Positions 17,910 through 26,798 of a stretch of 64,000 bases of DNA are shown piece by piece. Origin of the DNA: an uncultured delta proteobacterium (lineage in GTDB: Bacteria > Desulfobacterota > Syntrophia > Syntrophales > Smithellaceae); contig CAVQCU010000212.1 in the NCBI GenBank assembly GCA_963710995.1, positions 32,084-96,083 of the forward strand, read 5' to 3'. Under the pieces are notes generated by a model. The model was not told where the DNA came from. It saw only the letters and a program-made list of their open reading frames with translations, and did no database searches. Position 1 is the first letter of the stretch; each line of letters opens with the position of its first letter. A program made the translations under genes and the position numbers.

Positions 17910-19223
17910 ATGTCAAAAACTAAAAAAGGTAAGCAGTTTTTTAATATAGGAGGCGTGTTCTTCCTGCTTATCGTAATCCCCTTATCATTAATGGCTTTCT
18001 TAATTGCCAACGGCATGTTTAAGCTGGGGGTTACCATAAAGCAGAGTACAATATCTGCTATAGACCAAAAATCTCAGGAAGATATAAGAGCTAGAGCCGT
18101 CAATACAGCAAACGAAGTTGCCAGTTTCCTCATGGAAAGCAATAAAGATTTACAAGTCGCAACAATCATTCCCTCAACAGAAGCTGTATACAAACAGTTT
18201 ATTTCTGAAAATAAAAAACCGGTCTGGGTCAAACATGACGGTAAAATACAGCAGGTATTGATCCCGCTGTACAAAGAAATGGCTCTGATTGATAAAAACG
18301 GCAACGAACAAATTAAAGTCGTTGACGGTCAGGCGATGCCGGCGAAAAAACTGGTTAATGTCAGCAATCCGGCCAATACAACATATAAAACTGAAGATTA
18401 TTTTGCTAAGACAAAAAATCTGAATAAAGGCGAAGTTTATGTTTCCCCGGTAACAGGGTTCTATGTCGATAAGGCAGCGTTTGAAAAGGGACAAAGATTT
18501 TCCGGAATCGTCCGTTTTGCGACACCGGTATTCAATAAAGATGGCTTCGCGGGTATAATTACACTGGCCTTGGATTATCGTCATCTGGCCGAGTTTACCC
18601 ATCACCTTGTTCCTACGCAGGCGGAAAAGGTATTTGAAACACAGAGTTCTGGCGGTAATTACGCTTATATGGTCGACCATCGCGGTTTTGTCATTTCCCA
18701 TCCTAGTGATTTTCATATTGTTGGACTCAACCCTAACGGAACAATTGTTCCAACTGTTACGGCTCAGAACGCAACAGAACTGGCAAAGAAAGGCGCAGAA
18801 GCGTTGAACCTCTTCCAGTTGGGTTTTATGGATCCCAATTTATTTACTATCGCGAAAGAAGCTGTACAAGGAAAATCAGGAGTTTTAATGTACAAATTTG
18901 GTGGATACAACAAGTTCGTCGCCTATGCGCCGATCAAGTTTTATGCGTCAAACCTTCCTGCACCTACCGGTTTTGGCTGGATCGGCCTGGGACTGGAAAT
19001 TGAGAAATATAACGAAGCGGCACTAAAGGTATCGCAAAATATTGAAAAGGAATCAAAAGCATGGACTGCGACAATCATCTTTATTCTTATCGCTTCCATG
19101 ATTATTCTGTTCTTCATTATGCTGCTTTTGGTTCGTGGAGTCAGCCGTTCATTAGAGGCGGAAATCCCAAAAGGTTCAGAAGGTCAATCATCATTTGATG
19201 ATGATGATGATGATGATAAATAA
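17910..19223 (+). CDS. Cache-like extracytoplasmic sensor domain protein without output domain
   Basis: TM1 - ~330 aa extracytoplasmic region with a Cache-like pattern - TM2 - ~35-aa tail ending DDDDDDDK. No kinase, MCP or GGDEF module. Confidence 0.7.
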   Translation: MSKTKKGKQFFNIGGVFFLLIVIPLSLMAFLIANGMFKLGVTIKQSTISAIDQKSQEDIRARAVNTANEVASFLMESNKDLQVATIIPSTEAVYKQFISENKKPVWVKHDGKIQQVLIPLYKEMALIDKNGNEQIKVVDGQAMPAKKLVNVSNPANTTYKTEDYFAKTKNLNKGEVYVSPVTGFYVDKAAFEKGQRFSGIVRFATPVFNKDGFAGIITLALDYRHLAEFTHHLVPTQAEKVFETQSSGGNYAYMVDHRGFVISHPSDFHIVGLNPNGTIVPTVTAQNATELAKKGAEALNLFQLGFMDPNLFTIAKEAVQGKSGVLMYKFGGYNKFVAYAPIKFYASNLPAPTGFGWIGLGLEIEKYNEAALKVSQNIEKESKAWTATIIFILIASMIILFFIMLLLVRGVSRSLEAEIPKGSEGQSSFDDDDDDDK

Positions 19224-19253
19224 GTAAACTTAATTTAATCAATTAATCAAAAG

Positions 19254-19280
19254 GCCGAATTTCGATTCGGCTTTTTTTTT
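19254..19280 (+). terminator. Rho-independent terminator GCCGAAT-TTCG-ATTCGGC + T9
   Basis: 7-bp GC-containing stem followed by nine T, 30 nt after the Cache gene stop. Confidence 0.8.
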
Positions 19281-19525
19281 AATGAGACTCGCTGAAAACG
19301 AACGAAGTGAAGTTTGAAGCGTTAATCGAATTATTTATTCCGCAAGTGAAGCACAGCGGAATTGGCAAGTTGAACAATCCCGCACAGCGGCGGTTATGAG
19401 ACTCCAACATGACAAGCGAAGCGTAGTCAGATTGGCTAGTCGAATTATCCCGCAAAGCGGAGGGTATGATACCCGGAAGCTTGCTGCGAAACGTTCCCAA
19501 AGCTTGATTTGGGATTCATACCCAC
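19281..19525 (+). repeat. Hairpin-module array B
   Basis: Starts (T)AATGAGACTCGCTGAAAACGAA. Contains ATTCCGC-N12-GCGGAAT, GGCAAGTTGAAC and AATCCCGC-ACA-GCGGCGG, and ends TTCATACCCAC. Confidence 0.85.
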
Positions 19526-19669
19526 AATTTCCGTTATTATTATTTTTAAAAATAGCATGGACTTTAATCAAATACAATATACATAATACTTTTTATACTT
19601 ATTTAAATGTAAACTACAAAAACTTGTATTATATTAATTGTATTTTGCTACAAAGAAAAGGAGATCAAA

Positions 19670-19861
19670 ATGAACTATTTTCCGCATCTGATCGCGTTGG
19701 TCTTAGGTGGCATTATTCTTTGGATAATAAAAAGAAAATATAAGAAAATGCGCAACCGCGAATTGATCATAATATTCATTCTCTTTGTTATATTAGTTGC
19801 CCTCTTTACAGCTCCCGGAATGGACTTGATAAAAAGATTTATAAATTTTATCCAAGTATAG
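19670..19861 (+). CDS. Small two-TM membrane protein (hypothetical)
   Basis: Good SD (AAGGAG, 7 nt spacing) and two hydrophobic helices. Confidence 0.45.
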   Translation: MNYFPHLIALVLGGIILWIIKRKYKKMRNRELIIIFILFVILVALFTAPGMDLIKRFINFIQV

Positions 19862-20282
19862 TAAGATTATCAAGTTCTATCAATAAGCGGCAGCAATTTT
19901 TAAAACACGCTTTAAGGTTCATACCAGCGATCGCGTTTTGCTCAAGATTGGTGAACTAACTGATTTTAAGCAGTTGATTATCATCTGCATAAAAACATTC
20001 TTCTTTTTTTCTCTATCTTTAACTAAAAGTTCTTTTATCCTTTTGACCACATCTCAAACAGAATCTTTTTTCACTTTTCGTTCACTATGTTTAATATTTC
20101 ATTTAAAAGAACAGGTAAAAGGCAGAGTCTTGATAAAGGAATATAAAGGGAAGATTATTGTATTATGTTGTTATTTCTTGTGTTACAATAATAAGCAATT
20201 CTAATCTTAAATTTGGCATGATAATTCCATTAATATAAGTAAAACAAAATTATCAAAGCAGAAGGGAAAACTAAAACAGACC

Positions 20283-20525
20283 ATGCCGTCAGAAAAACCC
20301 AATTTAAACCTTAAGCAATTCAACTCGATTGGCGGTATACTGATGTTATCGGCATGGGGACTGGCTATGGTAGTATCTTCTTTCCTGTTCCTATATATAG
20401 GTTATCTCGTGGATGAAATCCTCGGAACTACACCAAACTTTATGCTGTGTTCCTTCTTTCTGGCAATAGGTCTCTGCGTCTGGAGGCTTTATCAGGAGGC
20501 ACGGGACAAAGGAAAAAATTTATAA
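20283..20525 (+). CDS. AtpZ/AtpI-like small membrane protein (ATP synthase gene-1 family)
   Basis: Two TM helices around GYLVDEILGTTPNFML, matching the lD..lgT.P.f signature I associate with this family. Confidence 0.5.
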   Translation: MPSEKPNLNLKQFNSIGGILMLSAWGLAMVVSSFLFLYIGYLVDEILGTTPNFMLCSFFLAIGLCVWRLYQEARDKGKNL

Positions 20526-20598
20526 CAAACCTATTCTCTAAACAAACACGATCTATCTTATTAAAGGCGTTAAAGCGAAAGAAGTTCTTTAATTTATA

Positions 20599-20800
20599 AT
20601 CACGGGTATGAACCCCAAAGCAAGCTTTGGAAACAGATTCCGCAGTAAGCTGCGGGGTTTTAAACCCTCCACTGCGCGGGATAATTCGACCAGCAAGCTT
20701 CAGTGCACTTTGTTTCTGAAGCTTGGGTTTCATTACAACTTACCAATTCCGCTACGCCTACAGTGACCTTTAGGTTATTCGCTTTCGGAATTGGAGTTTC
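20599..20800 (-). repeat. Hairpin-module array C (reverse orientation)
   Basis: The reverse complement starts GAAACTCCAATTCCG and ends TTCATACCCGTGAT. It shares its module order with arrays E and B. Confidence 0.85.
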
Positions 20801-20816
20801 AACAATAACAGGCACT

Positions 20817-21189
20817 GGAGAAGATCATAAGCCGAGTCTTGTCCCGCGTTTCGGTTACCCTACATGTGGTGATGATCATTCATCTGGGACAGCAGTTACC
20901 TGCAGCCTCTAGCGACACTACCCGAGAACATCAGGCGGGCCACCTTTAAACGTTCTCCTATTTGGTCTTGCTCCGGATGGGGTTTACCATGCCTTTCCTG
21001 TCGCCAGGAAAGCGGTGAGCTCTTACCTCGCCTTTTCACCCTTACTCAAGGCTTTCGCCCTGGGCGGTATGTTTTCTGTGGCACTTTCCTTAGGGTCGCC
21101 CCCAGTCGCCGTTAGCGACCATCCTGCCCTGTGGAGCTCGGACTTTCCTCCGGCAGATAAATTCTGCCGACGATCATCTGATCTTCTCC
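20817..21189 (-). ncRNA. rnpB: RNase P RNA, bacterial type A
   Basis: The reverse strand has GGAGGAAAGTCCGAGCTCCACAGGGCAGG, AGGGTGAAAAGGCGAGGTAAGAGCTCACC, ACAAGACTCGGCTTATGATC and a P1 pairing GGAGAAGATCA/TGATCTTCTCC. Confidence 0.93.
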
Positions 21190-21347
21190 GGCCTGGGTTT
21201 TGAGTGTACACTTGATTGATTTTTCTTTCAAGATATCTTCATTATAAATAGGCGAACATTTAAAATTCCCCTGTTCATCAATTTCATCTTGACAAATAAA
21301 TGCTACTATGATTTATAAATTACTTTATTACTTTTAGAGGATTAACT

Positions 21348-21485
21348 ATGAAAAAGACTTTGACCAATAAAACAAATACCAAAAGAAAAAGGACCCACGG
21401 TTTTCTCGTCCGGATGGCTTCAAAATCCGGAAGGCAGGTTTTAAGCCGCCGAAGAGCTAAAGGCAGAAAACGTTTAGCCGTATAA
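21348..21485 (+). CDS. rpmH: 50S ribosomal protein L34
   Basis: [45 protein letters not shown]. Not in the ORF track because it is under 60 aa. Confidence 0.95.
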   Translation: MKKTLTNKTNTKRKRTHGFLVRMASKSGRQVLSRRRAKGRKRLAV

Positions 21486-21526
21486 ATTCTGTACTTTAGT
21501 AACTTAAGGATGGTCGGTCGACATGC

Positions 21527-21874
21527 ATGAAAGAACAATCTTACAGGAAATCGGAAAGGATAACTAATCACAGCAGATATAGAACCATTTACAGCCAGGG
21601 GGTGTGGAGGAGTTCTCAACACTTTACAACTATAACATGCGGTAATGCCCAAGGGACTAAAAGACTGGGAATTACCGTAACCAAGAAAACGGGAAACGCC
21701 GTAAGAAGAAACAGAATCAAACGGTTGATCAGAGAATTTTTCCGCCTCAATAAAACTTTGTTTCCCGCTGAGCATGATGTTGTTGTCATGGCTAAAAGAA
21801 TTATGCCACCCCTTACTTATCAAGAAGCATGTAAGGAATTGACGGAACTCTTCACGCGGAAAGCTAATATATAA
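21527..21874 (+). CDS. rnpA: RNase P protein component
   Basis: [24 protein letters not shown] motif; follows rpmH. Confidence 0.9.
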   Translation: MKEQSYRKSERITNHSRYRTIYSQGVWRSSQHFTTITCGNAQGTKRLGITVTKKTGNAVRRNRIKRLIREFFRLNKTLFPAEHDVVVMAKRIMPPLTYQEACKELTELFTRKANI

Positions 21875-21877
21875 TTT

Positions 21878-22105
21878 ATGCTCAGGACAATTTTGGTAAA
21901 AATTTTTGTTTCCATAATTCGTTCATATCAAATTTGTGTATCACCTTTCTTTTTTGCTCCATGTTGCCGCTTCTATCCCTCATGCTCCGAATATGCAATT
22001 GAGGCGATCAAGCTGTATGGTCCGGCAAAAGGTTCATTCATGGGCATAAAAAGGATTCTGCTCTGCCATCCTTTGCATCCCGGCGGTTACGATCCCGTCA
22101 AGTAA
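21878..22105 (+). CDS. yidD: Membrane protein insertion efficiency factor YidD
   Basis: YQ..SP....CRF.PSCSEY..EA....G pattern. Confidence 0.9.
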   Translation: MLRTILVKIFVSIIRSYQICVSPFFFAPCCRFYPSCSEYAIEAIKLYGPAKGSFMGIKRILLCHPLHPGGYDPVK

Positions 22106-22124
22106 AAAATAGGGAGGTTTTTTA

Positions 22125-23823
22125 ATGGATAAAAGGACAATTCTAGCTTTCGTCCTGTCACTTGCCGTATTGCTGATATATCAGATGTTTTTTGCCAAAT
22201 CGCCGGTGTCAAGACAAGCCGCGCCAGTTCAGGTATCAATTCAGGCAAGTAAAAAAGAGGAGGCAAAACCATACGCAGCTACGGCAAAGGCGGCAACGCC
22301 AAAGTTAGCAGCTAAACAAACCTCCTCTAAAAAAGAATCTGCGCCGAAAAATATCAAGGTAGAAACTGAAAATTACACGGCGATATTTTCCACCAGAGGC
22401 GCCGCCTTGAAATCATTTCAGCTCAAAAGATATCAAAAAGAATGTACTAAATGTGCCGCTGATATTTATCCTGTAATTAAGAATTCCATAACCGGCACGA
22501 AGCAACCGGCCAAAGCAAAAAGCAAGGAACTCATAGAGATTGTCGCGGTTAATGAGAACCATGCCTTATCCGTTGGCGATTACCTTTCCCGAATCATCCC
22601 CTGAGATTGCCGCCGATTCAGTTTATGATGCCGATGTAACCAAATTGGACTTGATCAGCGCTAAAGAAAAACAGCGTTTAGTATTTTCCCGGACGTTTAA
22701 TGGAATTAAAATAGAAAAGATTTTTACTTTCAATCCCAATAATTATTCAATCGCGCTGGATGTAAAAGTATCTAACCTTACAGACACATCTCTGACCCAG
22801 ATACCGCATCTTAACTGGTATGAGTATATGGATTCGAAACAGGAAGTAGATAGGTACAGCAAGGAAGGTCCTGTCGCCTATGTGTCCAAGTCCATCAAGC
22901 GTAAGAAAGTATCGGATATATCGACTGATACTAGTCTTGGTCCTGATGTTTCCTGGGGTGGATTTGAAAAGAAATATTTCATGGCCGTAATAATACCGCA
23001 AGATCCGTCTCTGACCAGCATCAACATGTCCAAAGACAGCAATAACATGGTCTCTGTAGAGATTAAAGGAACTAAAAGTATAATCCCGCCAAACCAGTCT
23101 GATTCATTGAACTACGAACTGTTTATCGGCCCAAAGGATTATACTCTCCTCAAGAAACAGGGTATATCGCTGGAAGAGGCTATTGAGTTTGACTCATTTA
23201 TACCGGGATTAAAATGGCTTTCCATTGCCTTGCTTATTTTCATCAAATTTTTGTATCAATATATTAGCAATTACGGAGTTGCCATTATTATACTGACAAT
23301 CCTGATCAAACTTATCTTCTGGCCGCTGGGTAATATAAGCTATAGATCCATGAAGGAAATGCAAAAACTTCAGCCTAAATTAGCCGAGTTAAAAGAGAAA
23401 TACAAAAATGATCAGGCCAAAATCGGTCAGGAAACCATGGCTCTTTACCGTGCCCATAAAGTTAACCCCCTTAGTGGCTGCCTGCCGATATTAATTCAGA
23501 TTCCTGTGTTTATCGGCCTGTACAATACACTTCTTTATGCCATTGAACTGCGCCACTCGCCATTTTTCTGGTGGATTCAGGATTTATCGGCAAAAGACCC
23601 TTATTACATTACGCCGGTCATCATGGGTGCAACGCAATTTATTCAACAGAAAATGACCCCCTCTACAGGTGATCCAAATATGGCAAAGATGATGTTGATT
23701 ATGCCCATTGTGTTTACCTTTATCTTTTTAAATTTTCCGGCAGGGCTGGTCATTTACTGGTTATTAAATAATATTTTAAGCATCGGTCAGCAAATTTACA
23801 TTAATAACAAATTATCTGATTGA
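22125..23823 (+). CDS. yidC: Membrane insertase YidC, reading frame changes near 22557-22561
   Basis: The N-terminal TM and periplasmic start are in the frame of 22125-22604. The rest (PYPLAITF... to the conserved C-terminal TMs) is in the frame of 22540-23823. One extra base at AACC-ATG would explain it. Confidence 0.8.
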
Positions 23824-23873
23824 TATAGTGGGGTCCCGGCTGGAGTTGGGGGATTCCAAGTCACGGGATTGAC
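23824..23873 (+). repeat. R4 repeat, copy 2 (3' half only)
   Basis: CCCGGCTGGAGTTGGGGGATTCCAAGTCACGGGATTGA aligns with the 3' parts of copies 1 and 3. It starts right after the yidC stop. Confidence 0.75.
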
Positions 23874-23885
23874 ATGAGGTTAAAA

Positions 23886-24851
23886 ATGAGTTCAAGAATT
23901 TTAGAGATAGAAGAAAAATCGATTGACGAAGCCATTGAAAAGGCTTGCCTCGAATTTGGCGTACCACGGGAGAAATTAAATATCGAAATTATCTCTGGAG
24001 AATCTGGAGGTTTTTTGGGATTATTTTCCAAAAAAGCAAAAATAAAAGCATCTCTGGTTTCTCTGGACATGGATTTTAGCTTCACGGATCATCCAAAAGC
24101 TAAAAGCGAATCAAAAACAGAACATCGAGAAAAGCCGGCAAAAAATGTTATACCTGAAAAAAAAATTTTAACGGAAAAACCGGGAAAGAAGACAGAGCCT
24201 GTAGTTTCCAGCTCCAACACTATACCAGTGTCAAAGGCAAGTGAATCAAAAATAAAAATAGAACCACGGGTAAAGCCGGCAAAAAATGTTATACCTGAAA
24301 AAAAAATTATAACAGAAAAACATGGAAAGCAGACAGAGCCCGTAGTTTCCATCTCCAGCGCTGTGCTGGCGTCAAACGCAAAGGATCTGCTGGAAGGCAT
24401 TTTGCAGAGGATATCATTGGAATGTAAGGTGACTGTTAATGAAACGCCGGAAAAAATAATTCTCGACATTGAAGGCGATAACAGCGGTTTGCTTATCGGC
24501 AAACGCGGACAGAATATAGATGCTCTTCAGTATATATTGAACAAAGCAATCAATAAATTTGATAATGGACACAAAATGATCCTGATCGATTCGGGAGAGT
24601 ACAGAAAAAGAAGAGAAGAATTCCTGCTTGGTTTAGCGGAAAAAATAAGGGAAAGAGTAAAAAAGACCATGAAACCAGTATCGCTTGCCCACATGAATGC
24701 CCATGACCGGCGTATTATCCATATGGTGCTGCAAGAAGATGAATCGCTAATCACGCAAAGCCGCGGCGAAGGTAAATACAGAAAGATCGTCATTCTTCCC
24801 GCGAAAGCAGGCAATACCAAGCATGTCAGAGAAAAAAAATCACGGGTATAA
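23886..24851 (+). CDS. jag: Jag-like KH/R3H RNA-binding protein
   Basis: N-terminal Jag_N-like segment, C-terminal KH (GKRGQNIDALQYI) and R3H (HDRRIIH) motifs. Contains an internal 141-nt tandem duplication. Start chosen at the ATG with a GAGG SD. Confidence 0.85.
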   Translation: MSSRILEIEEKSIDEAIEKACLEFGVPREKLNIEIISGESGGFLGLFSKKAKIKASLVSLDMDFSFTDHPKAKSESKTEHREKPAKNVIPEKKILTEKPGKKTEPVVSSSNTIPVSKASESKIKIEPRVKPAKNVIPEKKIITEKHGKQTEPVVSISSAVLASNAKDLLEGILQRISLECKVTVNETPEKIILDIEGDNSGLLIGKRGQNIDALQYILNKAINKFDNGHKMILIDSGEYRKRREEFLLGLAEKIRERVKKTMKPVSLAHMNAHDRRIIHMVLQEDESLITQSRGEGKYRKIVILPAKAGNTKHVREKKSRV

Positions 24852-25063
24852 ACCCAAAGCAAGTGGTTGCGTATCATGTATAGTCCCACTTAGCTTCGCA
24901 TGTGGGATAATTTCCAATAGCGTTTAGCTATTGGATAATTCGTCTAAAAAACTTCAACGCGCTTTGCTTTTGAAGTTTAAGACTCATTACGACTAACGCT
25001 TCAAACTTCATCCCGACGAGTCTGGATTCGTTTTCAGCGAGTCTCATTAAATTGGAGTTTCAC
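24841..25063 (-). repeat. Hairpin-module array D (reverse orientation)
   Basis: The reverse complement starts GTGAAACTCCAATT and ends TTTATACCCGTG. It overlaps the last 3 codons and the stop of jag. Confidence 0.85.
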
Positions 25064-25118
25064 GAACAAGAATAGTTTTTAGTCAATTTAACTATATATA
25101 AAGGGGAAGTGTCCAACT

Positions 25119-26498
25119 GTGCTTCACCAAGATACTATAGCCGCTATAGCAACTCCTTTCGGTATGGCCGGAGTCGGGATCATTCGGATCAGCGGTCTCG
25201 AAGCTCTCAAAATTGCGCGACGTATTTTTCAACCTGCCCATGCAAATTGCCCATGGGAAACCCACCATTTATATCATGGCGATATTACCTCAGCCGACGG
25301 AAATACAATCCTCGATGAAGTTTTAATATCTTTCATGCGCAAACCTCACTCTTTCACGGGAGAGGATATTATAGAAATCAACTGCCATGGCAACCCGCTC
25401 ATCATCGGGTCTATTCTGACACAATTACTGGAATTGGGTTGCCGTCTTGCCCGGCCCGGCGAATTCTCCCAACGCGCTTTTTTCAATAACCGGATTGATT
25501 TATCGCAAGCGGAAGCGCTTGCCGCAATGGTTGCCGCCAAATCGGCAAAAGCTTACGCCATCGGTCTTGCTCAGTTAAAGGGATCTCTAAGCAACGAAAT
25601 AGAAAATCTGCGCTCTCTGGTGATTGATGCGCTGGCTGGACTTGAGGCGGCCATTGATTTTACCGAAGATACATTCACAGAAGAAATTCCTCTATTGCCG
25701 CCGCAAATTGATCCGGCATTAGAACATATCCAATCGCTTCTGTCATCATATCGCACGGCAAAAGCATACACAGAAGGTATCAATGTCGTCATCACGGGCA
25801 AACCCAATGTGGGGAAATCAAGCTTAATCAATACCCTTACGGGCAAGAAAAAAGCGATTGTTACCGATATCCCTGGTACAACACGCGATTTAATCACGGA
25901 TACGATTAACATCAGCGGCATTCCTGTAAATCTGACGGATACCGCCGGGATTAGAGAACCGCAAAACGTCATCGAAAAAAAAGGAATCGATCTGGTTTGG
26001 GAAAGTCTGACCAATGCTGATGTTGTGATTATAATTTTGGACGGCAGCAAACCGTTAACGAATGAAGATAAAGTTATTATTGATAAGAATAGAGATGGCA
26101 ATATTATTGCCGCGATCAATAAAATTGATCTGCCGCCTGCCTGGGAGATAAACACAATCGAACACTTATTTTCTCGAGATAAAAAAATTCTTAAAATCTC
26201 GGCCAAATTCGGCGCCGGACTGGAAGAATTAAAAAACACCATCATGGATTTATCCGGCGGCAACGATGACAAAGATATCGGCGGCGCGATAATCATTAAT
26301 ATGCGCCATAAACTGGCCATGGAAAAAACTCTTAAAAATATTCAGGCAGCAAAGGAAAGTATCGTAGGTGGCATGTCTTCGGAATTCGCCGCTTTCGACC
26401 TGCGCGAAGCCTTGGATAATCTGGATGAAATAACCGGTAAAAAAATCAATGATGAAATATTGGATAAGATTTTTTCCAGTTTTTGCATCGGCAAGTGA
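25119..26498 (+). CDS. mnmE: tRNA modification GTPase MnmE
   Basis: GKPNVGKSSL G1 motif, DTAG, C-terminal FCIGK. GTG start. Confidence 0.93.
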   Translation: MLHQDTIAAIATPFGMAGVGIIRISGLEALKIARRIFQPAHANCPWETHHLYHGDITSADGNTILDEVLISFMRKPHSFTGEDIIEINCHGNPLIIGSILTQLLELGCRLARPGEFSQRAFFNNRIDLSQAEALAAMVAAKSAKAYAIGLAQLKGSLSNEIENLRSLVIDALAGLEAAIDFTEDTFTEEIPLLPPQIDPALEHIQSLLSSYRTAKAYTEGINVVITGKPNVGKSSLINTLTGKKKAIVTDIPGTTRDLITDTINISGIPVNLTDTAGIREPQNVIEKKGIDLVWESLTNADVVIIILDGSKPLTNEDKVIIDKNRDGNIIAAINKIDLPPAWEINTIEHLFSRDKKILKISAKFGAGLEELKNTIMDLSGGNDDKDIGGAIIINMRHKLAMEKTLKNIQAAKESIVGGMSSEFAAFDLREALDNLDEITGKKINDEILDKIFSSFCIGK

Positions 26499-26633
26499 TA
26501 CCAATCCGCTTTCATCGGCTAACTTTGTTGGTAGCGTTGTCGGCTTCCTCAACGTATAACCTGAAGGTCACGCGTGTTTAAAATACGTCTCGTCGCCTCC
26601 TCCTCGCCGCCGCATTATCCTTTGACCGGGAGC
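26498..26633 (-). repeat. PAL-2 element copy (reverse orientation, with ~21-nt insert)
   Basis: ATACCAAT...TTTGTTGGTAGCGTTGTCGGCTTCCTCAACG matches the right arm of 62492-62616. It begins at the last base of the mnmE stop. Confidence 0.75.
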
Positions 26634-26798
26634 GCAATATAAAAATATTTTTTCTTACTATACAGGGAAATGACGCCGAACAGGCAGCAACTTCCAATCG
26701 AAATGGTATAAATTTGAATATCCCATAACTTTGTGCTAGCATTGCATCATATTTTTAGTATGGTTTTTATCGTTGGTGACATAAAATCAGGTAATATT

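Noticed and set aside
19938-20204. 88-aa ORF 19938-20204
   Set aside because: It has a TTG-type start and an F/L/S-rich low-complexity translation in AT-rich spacer DNA, with no SD.
20214-20229. Second sigma-54 promoter TGGCATgataaTTCCA upstream of the atpZ-like gene
   Set aside because: The spacing is right, but the near-invariant -12 GC is CC here. It is too weak to call without a PWM score or 5'-end data.
20703-21823. Track ORFs 20703-20912, 21015-21203, 21023-21211 and 21320-21823
   Set aside because: The first three lie on the RNase P RNA gene. The last is antisense to rpmH/rnpA. None has coding-like composition or motifs.
22125-23823. Treating the two yidC ORFs as separate genes or as programmed frameshifting
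   Set aside because: The two parts join into one standard YidC at a single point. There is no slippery heptamer or downstream stimulatory structure, so a one-base indel (likely an assembly error) is more plausible.
16680-25063. Integron attC-like sites
   Set aside because: No intI gene is present and there are no GTTRRRY core sites at module ends. The modules lie in ordinary spacers of housekeeping genes rather than between promoterless cassettes.
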